Shown piece by piece: positions 17,347-24,679 of a stretch of 32,000 nucleotides of DNA. Made by a program: the position numbers and the translations under genes. The stretch's first letter is position 1, and every line of letters starts with the position of its first letter. The notes under the pieces are model-generated. The model was not told the DNA's origin, made no database searches, and was given only the letters and a program-made list of their open reading frames with translations. Location of the stretch: contig NC_017080.1 in NCBI RefSeq assembly GCF_000284115.1, positions 1,860,001 to 1,892,000 of the forward strand, in the 5' to 3' direction. This stretch comes from Phycisphaera mikurensis NBRC 102666 (GTDB taxonomy: Bacteria > Planctomycetota > Phycisphaerae > Phycisphaerales > Phycisphaeraceae).

Positions 17347-18026
17347 GCGCGGGGGGCCGGTCCATCTCGATCCTCGACTACGGCCTGGGCAACCTGCGAT
17401 CGGTCGAGAAGGCACTCCTGAGGCTGGGCTTCCGGGCCCGGCGGGTCCGCCGCGCCGGCGACCCCGCCGAAGGCCCGCTCCTGCTGCCCGGGGTCGGCAA
17501 CTTCGCCGACGCGATGGCGAAGCTGCACGCGCTGAGCTTGGCGGAGCCGCTGAAGGCGCAGGCGGCCGCCGGACGCCCGATCCTCGGCGTGTGCCTCGGC
17601 ATGCAGCTGCTCTTCGAGCGCTCCGACGAGGACGCGGAGGGCCCGGAAGGGACTCCGGGCCTGGGCCTCCTCCCCGGCCGGGTGGTCCCGCTCTCCGGCG
17701 GCGTGGACCCACGCGGCCGGCGCCTGAAGGTGCCGCAGATGGGGTGGAACACGCTGCGCTTCGGCCGCGGACCGCGAGCCGATGCGCTCGCCGCGGCCGC
17801 GCGGTCCGCGGATCCGCCCGGCTCCGGCGACCCCGCCGTCTACTTCGTGCACGGGTACCACGCCGAGCCGGCGGACCCCGCGGACGTGCTCGCGACCACG
17901 GACCACGGCGGCGCGGTGGTCGCCATCGCGGGCCGGGGCAACGTGCTGGGCATGCAGTTCCACCCCGAGAAGAGCCAGGCCGTGGGCCTGGCGCTCCTGC
18001 GAGCCGCCGCGGGGTTGCTGTCGTGA
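17343..18026 (+). CDS. hisH: imidazole glycerol phosphate synthase, glutamine amidotransferase subunit
   Basis: The GTG 17343 start overlaps the ompA-like stop (GTGA). Motifs: ILDYGLGNLRSV, LLPGVGNFADAM, GVCLGMQLLFE (nucleophile Cys), VPQMGWN, YFVHGY, GMQFHPEKS. Confidence 0.9.
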   Translation: MSAGGRSISILDYGLGNLRSVEKALLRLGFRARRVRRAGDPAEGPLLLPGVGNFADAMAKLHALSLAEPLKAQAAAGRPILGVCLGMQLLFERSDEDAEGPEGTPGLGLLPGRVVPLSGGVDPRGRRLKVPQMGWNTLRFGRGPRADALAAAARSADPPGSGDPAVYFVHGYHAEPADPADVLATTDHGGAVVAIAGRGNVLGMQFHPEKSQAVGLALLRAAAGLLS

Positions 18027-18030
18027 CCCG

Positions 18031-18093
18031 CCCGGCTCGCCCGGCTCGCCCGGCTTGCCCGCGTCGCCCGGCTCGCCCGCGTCGCCCGAGTCG
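18031..18093. repeat. 7 tandem copies of a 9-bp unit CCCGSSTYG (minisatellite)
   Basis: Units read directly: CCCGGCTCG x2, CCCGGCTTG, CCCGCGTCG, CCCGGCTCG, CCCGCGTCG, CCCGAGTCG. The array is followed by the palindrome TCGCCCGA-G-TCGGGCGA (18082-18098). It lies between the hisH stop (18026) and the likely DUF89 start (18124). Confidence 0.85.
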
Positions 18094-18123
18094 GGCGAGC
18101 CCGGCGGCGCGGGGGCACGCCCG

Positions 18124-19245
18124 GTGAGCCTGCCGCCGATCGCCGCGCCCCCGCCGCTGGGCCCCTGGACCGAGGGCCGCGACCGGCCGTCGGCGGTGCG
18201 CTGGCGCTCCCGCGTCCCGCTCCCGCTGCTCGCCGATCCGCACCGGTACCGGCCCTGCGCCCGCACGCTCCGCCGCGGCGGCCCGCTGCATGCCTCCTGG
18301 CGGGCGCTCTTCCGCCGGCACTTCCCCGTGCTGCTCGATCACGAGCGGGAGCGGGCGGAGGCCGCGGGCGAGGACCCCCATGCGAACCGCTCGAAGCGGG
18401 AACACGCCGCGTCGATCTTCCTCCCGCACCTCGACGCGGTCGGCGACACCGACGTGCTCCGCCTGTGCCTCGCCCGGGAGGACGCGCTCCAAGCCGCGGG
18501 CATCGCGGACGCCTTCGCTCTCGCCAAGGCCCGAGCCAACGACGGAGCCTTCGATCTGCTGCCCGGCGTGCTCGCCGAGCTCGACGCGCTCCCGCCGGAG
18601 CGACGCCTCGCCCAGGCGGTCACCAACGCCCTCGCCGGCAACGTCTACGACCTCGGCGCCGAGGCGACGATCGCGATGCACGACGCCGGCGACGCGGGCT
18701 TTGGCGCCGTCCGCGGGCGGCTGCGGCCGCGGCCCTGGTTCGTGGACGGTCTCGACGGCTTCGTCGGCGGCGGCCCGTGGCGGAAGGCGATCCTGCTCGT
18801 CGACAACGCCGGCCCCGACCTCGTGCTCGGGGTGATCCCGCTCGCCGGCGAGCTGCTGCGGGGCGGGGCGGAGGTGGTCCTGGCCGCGAACGCCCGCCCG
18901 AGCCTCAACGACGTGACGGCCGCGGAGCTGCCCGGGCTGCTGGAGCGGGCGGCGGCGGCGGATCCGCGGATCGCGGCCGCCCGGACGCAGAACCGGCTGC
19001 GGTCCGCGGATTCCGGCAACGACGCGCCGCTGATCGACCTCTCCGCCGTCTCGCCCGCCCTCGCCGCCGAGGCTTGCGACGCCGATCTGCTCGTGCTCGT
19101 GGGCATGGGCCGCGGCTTCGAGAGCAACCGCCTCGCCGGGTTCACCTGCGACGCCCTGAAAATCTGCATGCTCAAGGATCCGCTCGTCGCCGGGGAGGTC
19201 GGCGCGGAGGTGTTCGACCTGGTCGCCCGCTGGGAGCCGGCCTGA
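18124..19245 (+). CDS. DUF89 (ARMT1-like damage-control phosphatase) family protein
   Basis: Motif LLVDNAGPDLVLGVIPLAGELLRGGAEVVLAANARPSLNDVTAAEL, plus LVGMGRGFESN. Start GTG 18124 chosen. An in-frame TTG at 18055 would add a PGSP-type repeat N-terminus. The track ORF start 17782 overlaps hisH and is rejected. Confidence 0.75.
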   Translation: MSLPPIAAPPPLGPWTEGRDRPSAVRWRSRVPLPLLADPHRYRPCARTLRRGGPLHASWRALFRRHFPVLLDHERERAEAAGEDPHANRSKREHAASIFLPHLDAVGDTDVLRLCLAREDALQAAGIADAFALAKARANDGAFDLLPGVLAELDALPPERRLAQAVTNALAGNVYDLGAEATIAMHDAGDAGFGAVRGRLRPRPWFVDGLDGFVGGGPWRKAILLVDNAGPDLVLGVIPLAGELLRGGAEVVLAANARPSLNDVTAAELPGLLERAAAADPRIAAARTQNRLRSADSGNDAPLIDLSAVSPALAAEACDADLLVLVGMGRGFESNRLAGFTCDALKICMLKDPLVAGEVGAEVFDLVARWEPA

Positions 19246-19274
19246 GCCCGGCGGCGGCCGCGGCCCCGGCCGCG

Positions 19275-20714
19275 TCACACGCGCAGCTCGGCGGCGGCGT
19301 CGAGCCGGCCGGCGTAGCGCGAGCGGATCGGCTCGACCACGCCCGCGAGGAAGGCGTCGACCTGCTCGGGGGCACGGCCGACGTAGGCGGAGGGCTCGAG
19401 CACGGCCTCGAGGTCGAGCCCGGCGAAGGCCGGCTCGCCGCGGAGGCGTTCCAGCAGGTCGTTGTCGGCCGCCTCGCTCTTGACCCGCAGGGCCGCGGCC
19501 TGGCTGTGCACGCGGATCACCTCGTGCAGCGCCTGCCGGTCCCCGCCGGCTCTGACCGCGGCCATCAGCAGGTTTTCGGTGGCCATGAACGGCAGCTCGG
19601 CCGCGAGGTTGCGCCGGATCGTCTCGGGGTAGACGACCAGGCCGTCGGCGACGGAGACGAGCAGGTCGAGCACGCCGTCGAGCGCGAGGAAGGGCTCGGG
19701 CAGCGTGAGCCGGCGGCAGGAGGAGTCGTCGAGCGTCCGCTCCATCCACTGCTCGCTGGCGGTGACGTAGGGCGTCTGCACCATCCCGACAACGAAGCGG
19801 GCCAGGCCGCAGATGCGCTCGCACCGCATCGGGTTCCGCTTGTAGGCCATCGCCGACGAGCCGATCTGGCTCTTGCCGAAGGGCTCCTCGATCTCCTTGC
19901 GGTTCGCGAGCAGGCGGACGTCGGTGGCGAGCTTGGCCGCCGCCGCCGCGGCGGCGCCCAGGGCCGCGCCCACGAGCGCGTCCAGCAGCCGCGGGTAGGT
20001 CTGCCCGGTGACCGGGAAGCGCTTCGCCGGGTCGAAGCCCATCTTCTCGGTGACGAGCTCGTCGAGCCGCTCGACCTTGGCGTGGTCGCCGTCGAAGAGC
20101 GCCAGGAAGCTCGCCTGCGTGCCGGTCGTGCCCTTCACGCCGCGGAACTTCAAGCCGCCGAGCCGGTGCTCCACCTCCTCCAGGGCCATGGCGAGGTCCT
20201 GGATCCACAGCGTGCAGCGCTTGCCCACGGTCGTCGGCTGGGCCGGCTGGTAGTGCGTGAAGCCCAGCGTCGGCAGCGCCCGGTGCGCCTCCGCGAAGCG
20301 GCCGAGGCGGTCGATCGCGGCGGCGAGCTTCTCGGCGACCAGCGTGAGCGCGTCGCGGATCAGCAGCAGCTCGGCGTTGCACACGACGAACTGCGAGGTG
20401 GCCCCCAGGTGGAGGATCGGGCCGGCGGCGGGGGCGACCTCCGCGTAGGCGTGCACGTGGGCCATCACGTCGTGCCGCAGCCGCTTCTCGTGGGCGGCGG
20501 CGGAGGCGAGATCGATGTTGTCGAGGTTGTCGCGGAGCTCGGCGAGCTGGGCTTCGCTCACGTCGAGCCCGAGCTCGCGCTGGGCCTCGGCCAGGGCGAG
20601 CCACAGCTTGCGCCAGGTGGTGAACTTGGCGGCGGGCGACCAGATGCGGCTCATGGCCGGCGAGGCGTTGCGGGTGGCGAGCGGGGAGGCGTAGGCCTCG
20701 GGGAGGTCGGGCAA
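19275..20714 (-). CDS. purB: adenylosuccinate lyase
   Basis: Fumarate-lyase signature GSSAMAYKRNP. The N-terminal block YASPLATRNASPAMSRIWSPAAKFTTWRKLWLALAEAQRELG is conserved in ADSL-type PurB. This block begins upstream of the first ATG (20654), so the TTG at 20714 is the likely start. Confidence 0.9.
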   Translation of the reverse strand: MPDLPEAYASPLATRNASPAMSRIWSPAAKFTTWRKLWLALAEAQRELGLDVSEAQLAELRDNLDNIDLASAAAHEKRLRHDVMAHVHAYAEVAPAAGPILHLGATSQFVVCNAELLLIRDALTLVAEKLAAAIDRLGRFAEAHRALPTLGFTHYQPAQPTTVGKRCTLWIQDLAMALEEVEHRLGGLKFRGVKGTTGTQASFLALFDGDHAKVERLDELVTEKMGFDPAKRFPVTGQTYPRLLDALVGAALGAAAAAAAKLATDVRLLANRKEIEEPFGKSQIGSSAMAYKRNPMRCERICGLARFVVGMVQTPYVTASEQWMERTLDDSSCRRLTLPEPFLALDGVLDLLVSVADGLVVYPETIRRNLAAELPFMATENLLMAAVRAGGDRQALHEVIRVHSQAAALRVKSEAADNDLLERLRGEPAFAGLDLEAVLEPSAYVGRAPEQVDAFLAGVVEPIRSRYAGRLDAAAELRV

Positions 20715-20840
20715 GGGTGGGGCTCGCGGCGGAGGGGGGCGGGGGGCGGGGGGTCGGGTGTGGCGGTTCGGGATCCGCCCGGCCGAATGTAAAGTCGCGG
20801 CCGGGACGCGCGGCCACGCGGCCGCCGATCCGCCACGCCG

Positions 20841-21437
20841 ATGCCCGCCGCCTCCCCCTCCACCGCGCTCGCCGAAGCGGACCCCGACGCCGGGCTCGCC
20901 TCCCGCGCTGCCGGCGGCGACGCCGAGGCGGTGGCCACGCTGCTGCAGAAGCACCAGAGGCGCATCTACAACCTCGCCTTCCGCTCGCTGAACCACGCCG
21001 AGGACGCCGCCGACGCCACGCAGGAGGCACTCCTGAAGATCAGCCGCGGCATCGCCGGCTTCCGCGGGCACAGCCGCGTGTCGACCTGGGTGACGCGGAT
21101 CGCCCTCAACGAGGCCTGCACCGTCGGCCGCGGCCGGGCCCGGCGGGCGGGGACCGCGGCGGAGCCGCCCGAGGCGGCCGACCGCCGCGAGCAGCACCGC
21201 GAGCCGGCGCCCGAGCGGCGGCTGGAGGCGGAGGAGGCCGCGGACACGCTCGCCGCGGCCCTCGCTGCGGTGCCCGAGCAGTTCCGGGTGGCGCTGATCC
21301 TCCGGGACGTCGACAAGCTCGGCTACGAAGCCATCGCCGAGGTGCTCGACGTGCCGATCGGGACGGTCCGCAGCCGCATCTTCCGCGGGCGGCTCGCGCT
21401 GCGGGAGATCCTGCTCGCCGGAGACGACGCGCCATGA
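20841..21437 (+). CDS. ECF (group 4) sigma-70 family RNA polymerase sigma factor
   Basis: 198 aa. Region 2: IYNLAFRSLNHAEDAADATQEALLKISRGIAGF, STWVTRIALNEA. Region 4: FRVALILRDVDKLGYEAIAEVLDVPIGTVRSRIFRGR. Confidence 0.9.
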   Translation: MPAASPSTALAEADPDAGLASRAAGGDAEAVATLLQKHQRRIYNLAFRSLNHAEDAADATQEALLKISRGIAGFRGHSRVSTWVTRIALNEACTVGRGRARRAGTAAEPPEAADRREQHREPAPERRLEAEEAADTLAAALAAVPEQFRVALILRDVDKLGYEAIAEVLDVPIGTVRSRIFRGRLALREILLAGDDAP

Positions 21438-22408
21438 GCGAGCACCTCCCCGGACGCAACGGGCACCTCCCGGTCGACGACGACCCCGCCCGCTACGACA
21501 CGCAGCTCCTGCACGCGGCGGTGGAGGGCGAGCTGGAGGGCGAAGCGGCCCGCGCCTTCGAAACCCGCCTCGCGGGCGACCCGCAGCTCGCGCGGCTCGT
21601 CGGCGAGCTGCGGGAACAGCGGGCGGCCTTGCGGGCTCTGCCCGAGGTCCAGCCCCCGGACGGCCGCGGCCGCGTGACCCCGGCGCGGCTGGAGCGGGCG
21701 GTGCTGCTGGGCGAGCCGGTGGACCCGGGGCCGTCGCCGCGGGCACGCCGCGCCGCCGGCGCGTCCGGTGCCCGACGCTTCCGCGCGGGCTGGCTCGCCG
21801 CGGCCGCCGCCCTGGCGATCGCGGCGGTCGGCGGGGCCCTGCTCTCGGGCGTCCGAGACGACCAGCCGACCCTCGCGGACTTCGCCGAGCGGATCCGCGT
21901 GCCGGCTTCCGACGCGCCGGCGGAAGAGACGGCGGCGCTGGCCCGGGCCGACGACGGCGGCGACGGAGCCCCGGCGGCCGCGCCCGCCTCCGCGGTCGCT
22001 TCCGCGCTGGCCGCGGCCGCGGGTGCCACCGGGAACGCCGACGCCGACGCCGAAGCCGCCACCGCCACCGCCACCGCCACCGCCACCGCCACCGCCACCG
22101 CGGACCCCGCCGCGGGCATGACCGCCGCCGCCGCCGCCGCCGCGGAGCCGAACGCCGCTTCCGCCGCCGCGGAGCCCGCGCGGGCCCGCGTCTCCACCCG
22201 CGAGCTCGGCCGGGCCGAGCCGGTCGGGCTCGACGCCTTCCTGCTGCCCGAGCGCGGCGCCGGCCTCGCGCCCGCCGGGGGACCGCCGGCGGGCCGCGAC
22301 ATCCAAGCCGGCCTGCTCGACGACCTCGCCCGCGGCGAGCGCGCGCAGGTGCCCGTCTGGGCCCGCTCGAGCACGTACTTCCGCATCCCGCGGACCGCGA
22401 GCGATTGA
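21434..22408 (+). CDS. anti-sigma factor (single-pass membrane, Cys-less ZAS-like N-terminus)
   Basis: The ATG 21434 overlaps the sigma factor stop (ATGA). The N-terminal helix pattern LLHAAVEGELEGEAARAFETRLAGDPQLARLVGELREQRAALRALP resembles a zf-HC2 anti-sigma domain but lacks the H/C ligands. One TM (WLAAAAALAIAAVGGALLSGV). Low-complexity periplasmic part. Confidence 0.7.
   Translation: MSEHLPGRNGHLPVDDDPARYDTQLLHAAVEGELEGEAARAFETRLAGDPQLARLVGELREQRAALRALPEVQPPDGRGRVTPARLERAVLLGEPVDPGPSPRARRAAGASGARRFRAGWLAAAAALAIAAVGGALLSGVRDDQPTLADFAERIRVPASDAPAEETAALARADDGGDGAPAAAPASAVASALAAAAGATGNADADAEAATATATATATATATADPAAGMTAAAAAAAEPNAASAAAEPARARVSTRELGRAEPVGLDAFLLPERGAGLAPAGGPPAGRDIQAGLLDDLARGERAQVPVWARSSTYFRIPRTASD
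22058..22099. repeat. hexanucleotide repeat (GCCACC)x7, in frame
   Basis: Read directly. Encodes (Ala-Thr)x7 in the periplasmic part of the anti-sigma factor. Confidence 0.9.
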
Positions 22409-22413
22409 GGCCG

Positions 22414-22431
22414 GCGGACCCGGCGGTCCGC
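22414..22431. terminator. GC hairpin between convergent genes (possible bidirectional terminator)
   Basis: GCGGACC-CGGC-GGTCCGC, extendable with a bulge. It lies 6 nt after the anti-sigma stop. No U-tract. Confidence 0.35.
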
Positions 22432-22479
22432 GCCGGCATCGGTGTTCGGGGCTCTTGGATGCCGCCGCCGCTGGGCGTC

Positions 22480-23010
22480 TCACGGCGGCGTCGGCGCGTC
22501 CGGCGGCAGCACAAACCGCAGCTCGCTGGCGCTGTGCCCGTCCGCGTACAGCACGTTGACCCGGTCGGGCGCGTGGGGGTGGAAGCCCTCCTTGTCGCTG
22601 AGCACCGGGATGCGGCCGGCGTCGGCCCCGCCGATCAGCGAGAAGGCGCTCTCCACGCGCTGCCCGTTGAGCGTGAAGTTCCAGAAGTAGCTCGTGCCCG
22701 TCGCCGCCCAGATCTCCTCCTCGTCGGCCGGGCACGCGTGCAACGCGGGCGCCTCGTCGAAGAGCGTGTCGATCGCCGGCCCCGGCTGCGTCGTCGCGCC
22801 ACGGTTGAAGAGCGTCGGCAGCAGCCCGTCGCTGTTCACGAGGTACCCGTTCAGCGCGATCCCCAGCTGCCGCGTGTTGGACAGGCAGGCGACGCCCTCG
22901 GCCACGTCCCGGGCCCGCTGCAGCGCCGGCAGCAGGAGCCCGACCAGCAGCGCGACGACGGCGAGGACGACCAGCAGCTCCGCGAGCGTGAAGCCACGGC
23001 GCCGCCTCAA
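22480..23010 (-). CDS. prepilin-type N-terminal methylation domain protein, short pseudopilin / H-X9-DG-like
   Basis: The TTG 23010 start overlaps the upstream stop (TTGA). N-terminus [31 protein letters not shown]-terminal [17 protein letters not shown] motif. The upstream part of track ORF 22480..23487 is rejected. Confidence 0.85.
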   Translation of the reverse strand: MRRRRGFTLAELLVVLAVVALLVGLLLPALQRARDVAEGVACLSNTRQLGIALNGYLVNSDGLLPTLFNRGATTQPGPAIDTLFDEAPALHACPADEEEIWAATGTSYFWNFTLNGQRVESAFSLIGGADAGRIPVLSDKEGFHPHAPDRVNVLYADGHSASELRFVLPPDAPTPP

Positions 23011-23579
23011 CGCAGCCCCTGCATGACGCCCTGCATCCGGTGCACGAGCGGCTGGAGGTCGAGCTTGGTCTCGGCGCTCGCGTCCGACAGGAAGCTCTTC
23101 ATGCCCTCGTCGACCACCCGCTGGAGCTGGCCCTCGTCGAGGCCCTCCGGCGGCTTGCCTCCCGCTCTGGCCATCTCCTCGTCCATCCGCGCCGTCGCCT
23201 CGCCGACGATCCGGCGACGCTCCGCGCCCTCCATCGCGTTGAAGGCGAGCATCAGCTCCTCGAAGCCGCGTGGGAGCGTGAGGTCGAGGTAGAGCGACCG
23301 CTCCTCGGGCGTCATGGCCTCGAATTCGCCCCGCAACGCCTCGCCCAGCTCCGGGTCCATGCGGGCCGCGCCCGGCAGGCGATTCACCGCGTCGGCCAGG
23401 CCGCGCAGGTTCGCGTCGCGATCGGCGGCGTCCTCCAGCGGGTCCGCCCCGATCTGCGCGAGGATCGTCTGGGGCGTCGTCTCCCACCCCGTGGAGAGCC
23501 AGCCGAAGAGGGCGACGCCGAGCCAGAGCACGGCGAGGCCGGTGGCGGTGGTCAGCCAGACGCGGGCGGAGCGGTTCAC
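23007..23579 (-). CDS. hypothetical N-terminally anchored helical protein
   Basis: One TM ([20 protein letters not shown]) followed by an acidic/Arg-rich all-helical domain. No family recognised. GTG 23579 preferred. The track start TTG 23621 abuts the hairpin at 23622. Confidence 0.6.
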   Translation of the reverse strand: MNRSARVWLTTATGLAVLWLGVALFGWLSTGWETTPQTILAQIGADPLEDAADRDANLRGLADAVNRLPGAARMDPELGEALRGEFEAMTPEERSLYLDLTLPRGFEELMLAFNAMEGAERRRIVGEATARMDEEMARAGGKPPEGLDEGQLQRVVDEGMKSFLSDASAETKLDLQPLVHRMQGVMQGLR

Positions 23580-23621
23580 GGAGGATCGTAGGAGACAGCG
23601 GTGCCGCGGCCCGCGCAGCAA

Positions 23622-23652
23622 AGCGGCCGCCGGCGATCCGCCGGCGGCCGCT
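23622..23652 (-). terminator. 14-bp perfect stem hairpin between the PEP-CTERM gene and downstream genes (partial terminator/attenuator candidate)
   Basis: AGCGGCCGCCGGCG-ATC-CGCCGGCGGCCGCT. On the minus-strand transcript it is followed by UUUGCUG. It lies 23 nt downstream of the PEP-CTERM stop. Confidence 0.5.
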
Positions 23653-23675
23653 GAAGGATGCGGTCGATCGCGCGC

Positions 23676-24455
23676 TCAGGCGCGGCGGCGGCGGGCCAGC
23701 AGCGTCACGCCGCCGAGGGCCAGCACCGCGGCGGAGGCGGGCTCGGGGATGACGGAGGTGACCGAGAAGTTGTCGATCACCAGGCCCACCCCGGCGGAGC
23801 CATCGAAGCCGTCGACCGTGAAGCCGAAGAGGTTGCCCAGCGCGGGCGGGGTCGCGTCGGCGAAGGCCAGGGTCTCGGTCAGCCCGCCCGCGGTGACGGA
23901 GAAGGTGCCCGAGAGCGTGGGGGCCGCGGCGAGGCCCCCGACCGTGAACTCCGCGGCGTACTGAGCCCCGCCGGCGATGGAACCGAACGCGGCCGGGGCG
24001 GCCTCGGCGTCCGCCGTGTTGTCGCCGCCGATCTCGTTGAAGCGGAGGAAGGTGTCCAAGCCGCCGCCGAAGCCGCCGGCCTCCTCCACGGTGAGGGCGT
24101 AGAAGCTGTCGATCTGGTCCGTGCCGGCGGTGCCGAAGGCGACCAGGCCGATGTCCACCAGGTCGGTCAGTTCACCGGTCGGCGCGATGTCCGCCGACAC
24201 GCTGACGACGCTGCCGGGCGTGAGGTCGAGCCCGTTGACCGGGAGGACGACGTCCGTCACCCCCACGCCGGTGAGGTCCACGACGAGCTCACCGCCCGCC
24301 ACCGAGAGCCCGGCGGGCGCGTCCGCGGGATCGACGAAGAGCGTGAAGTCGGCCGTGTCGAAGCCGTCGAAGGTCTCCGTGTACGGGGCGTCGGCGGCGA
24401 GGGCGGGCGTCGCGACGAGGGCGAGGGCGGCGAGGGCGGTGGGGGCGTTCTTCAT
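23676..24455 (-). CDS. PEP-CTERM sorting-domain secreted protein (LamG/lectin-like body)
   Basis: ATG 24455 ([24 protein letters not shown] signal peptide). C-terminus [26 protein letters not shown]-like CAGGAG upstream. The upstream part of track ORF 23676..24908 is rejected. Confidence 0.9.
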   Translation of the reverse strand: MKNAPTALAALALVATPALAADAPYTETFDGFDTADFTLFVDPADAPAGLSVAGGELVVDLTGVGVTDVVLPVNGLDLTPGSVVSVSADIAPTGELTDLVDIGLVAFGTAGTDQIDSFYALTVEEAGGFGGGLDTFLRFNEIGGDNTADAEAAPAAFGSIAGGAQYAAEFTVGGLAAAPTLSGTFSVTAGGLTETLAFADATPPALGNLFGFTVDGFDGSAGVGLVIDNFSVTSVIPEPASAAVLALGGVTLLARRRRA

Positions 24456-24498
24456 TCTCGGTCTCCTGAGGAGGGGCGTGCGTGACGTACGGAAACGA

Positions 24499-24522
24499 CC
24501 GGCTCCGCGTGTGCGGAGCCGG
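24499..24522 (-). terminator. terminator-like hairpin inside the 5' leader of the PEP-CTERM gene
   Basis: On the minus strand: CCGGCUCCGC-ACAC-GCGGAGCCGG (10-bp stem), followed by UCGUUUCCGU. It lies about 45 nt upstream of the start codon. Confidence 0.4.
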
Positions 24523-24651
24523 TGGAAGAGGCGAGGCTCCCGCGGCGAGGCGGGCTCCACGCCCGGATCTGGGCGGGTGAAGTCAATCGCCGGGGCCACG
24601 GCAGGGCACCGGTTCTTGTGGGAGACCCGGCGCGGACACCGAGCACACGTG

Positions 24652-24679
24652 AAGATACCGGGTCGGGTCCCGATGTCAA
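24652..24679 (-). promoter_or_regulatory. candidate sigma-70-type promoter for the PEP-CTERM operon
   Basis: Minus strand reads TTGACA (24679-24674), a 16-nt spacer, then TATCTT (24657-24652). It sits in one of the few AT-richer patches and implies a leader of roughly 190 nt. Confidence 0.4.

Noticed and set aside
18031-18093. Collagen-like (PGS/PAS) protein encoded by the 9-bp repeat
   Set aside because: There is no Gly-X-Y periodicity over more than a few triplets, and no ATG or GTG start upstream outside hisH. At most the array is an N-terminal tail of the DUF89 protein.
15964-22514. 1688-aa ORF 15964..21030 -, the upstream part of the 1079-aa ORF 19275..22514 -, and 18465..20792 +
   Set aside because: Only the 3' ends of the two minus-strand ORFs (the FtsB-like gene and purB) look coding. 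The remainder overlaps the ompA-like gene, hisH, the DUF89 gene and the sigma/anti-sigma genes, and translates to Arg/Pro-rich nonsense.
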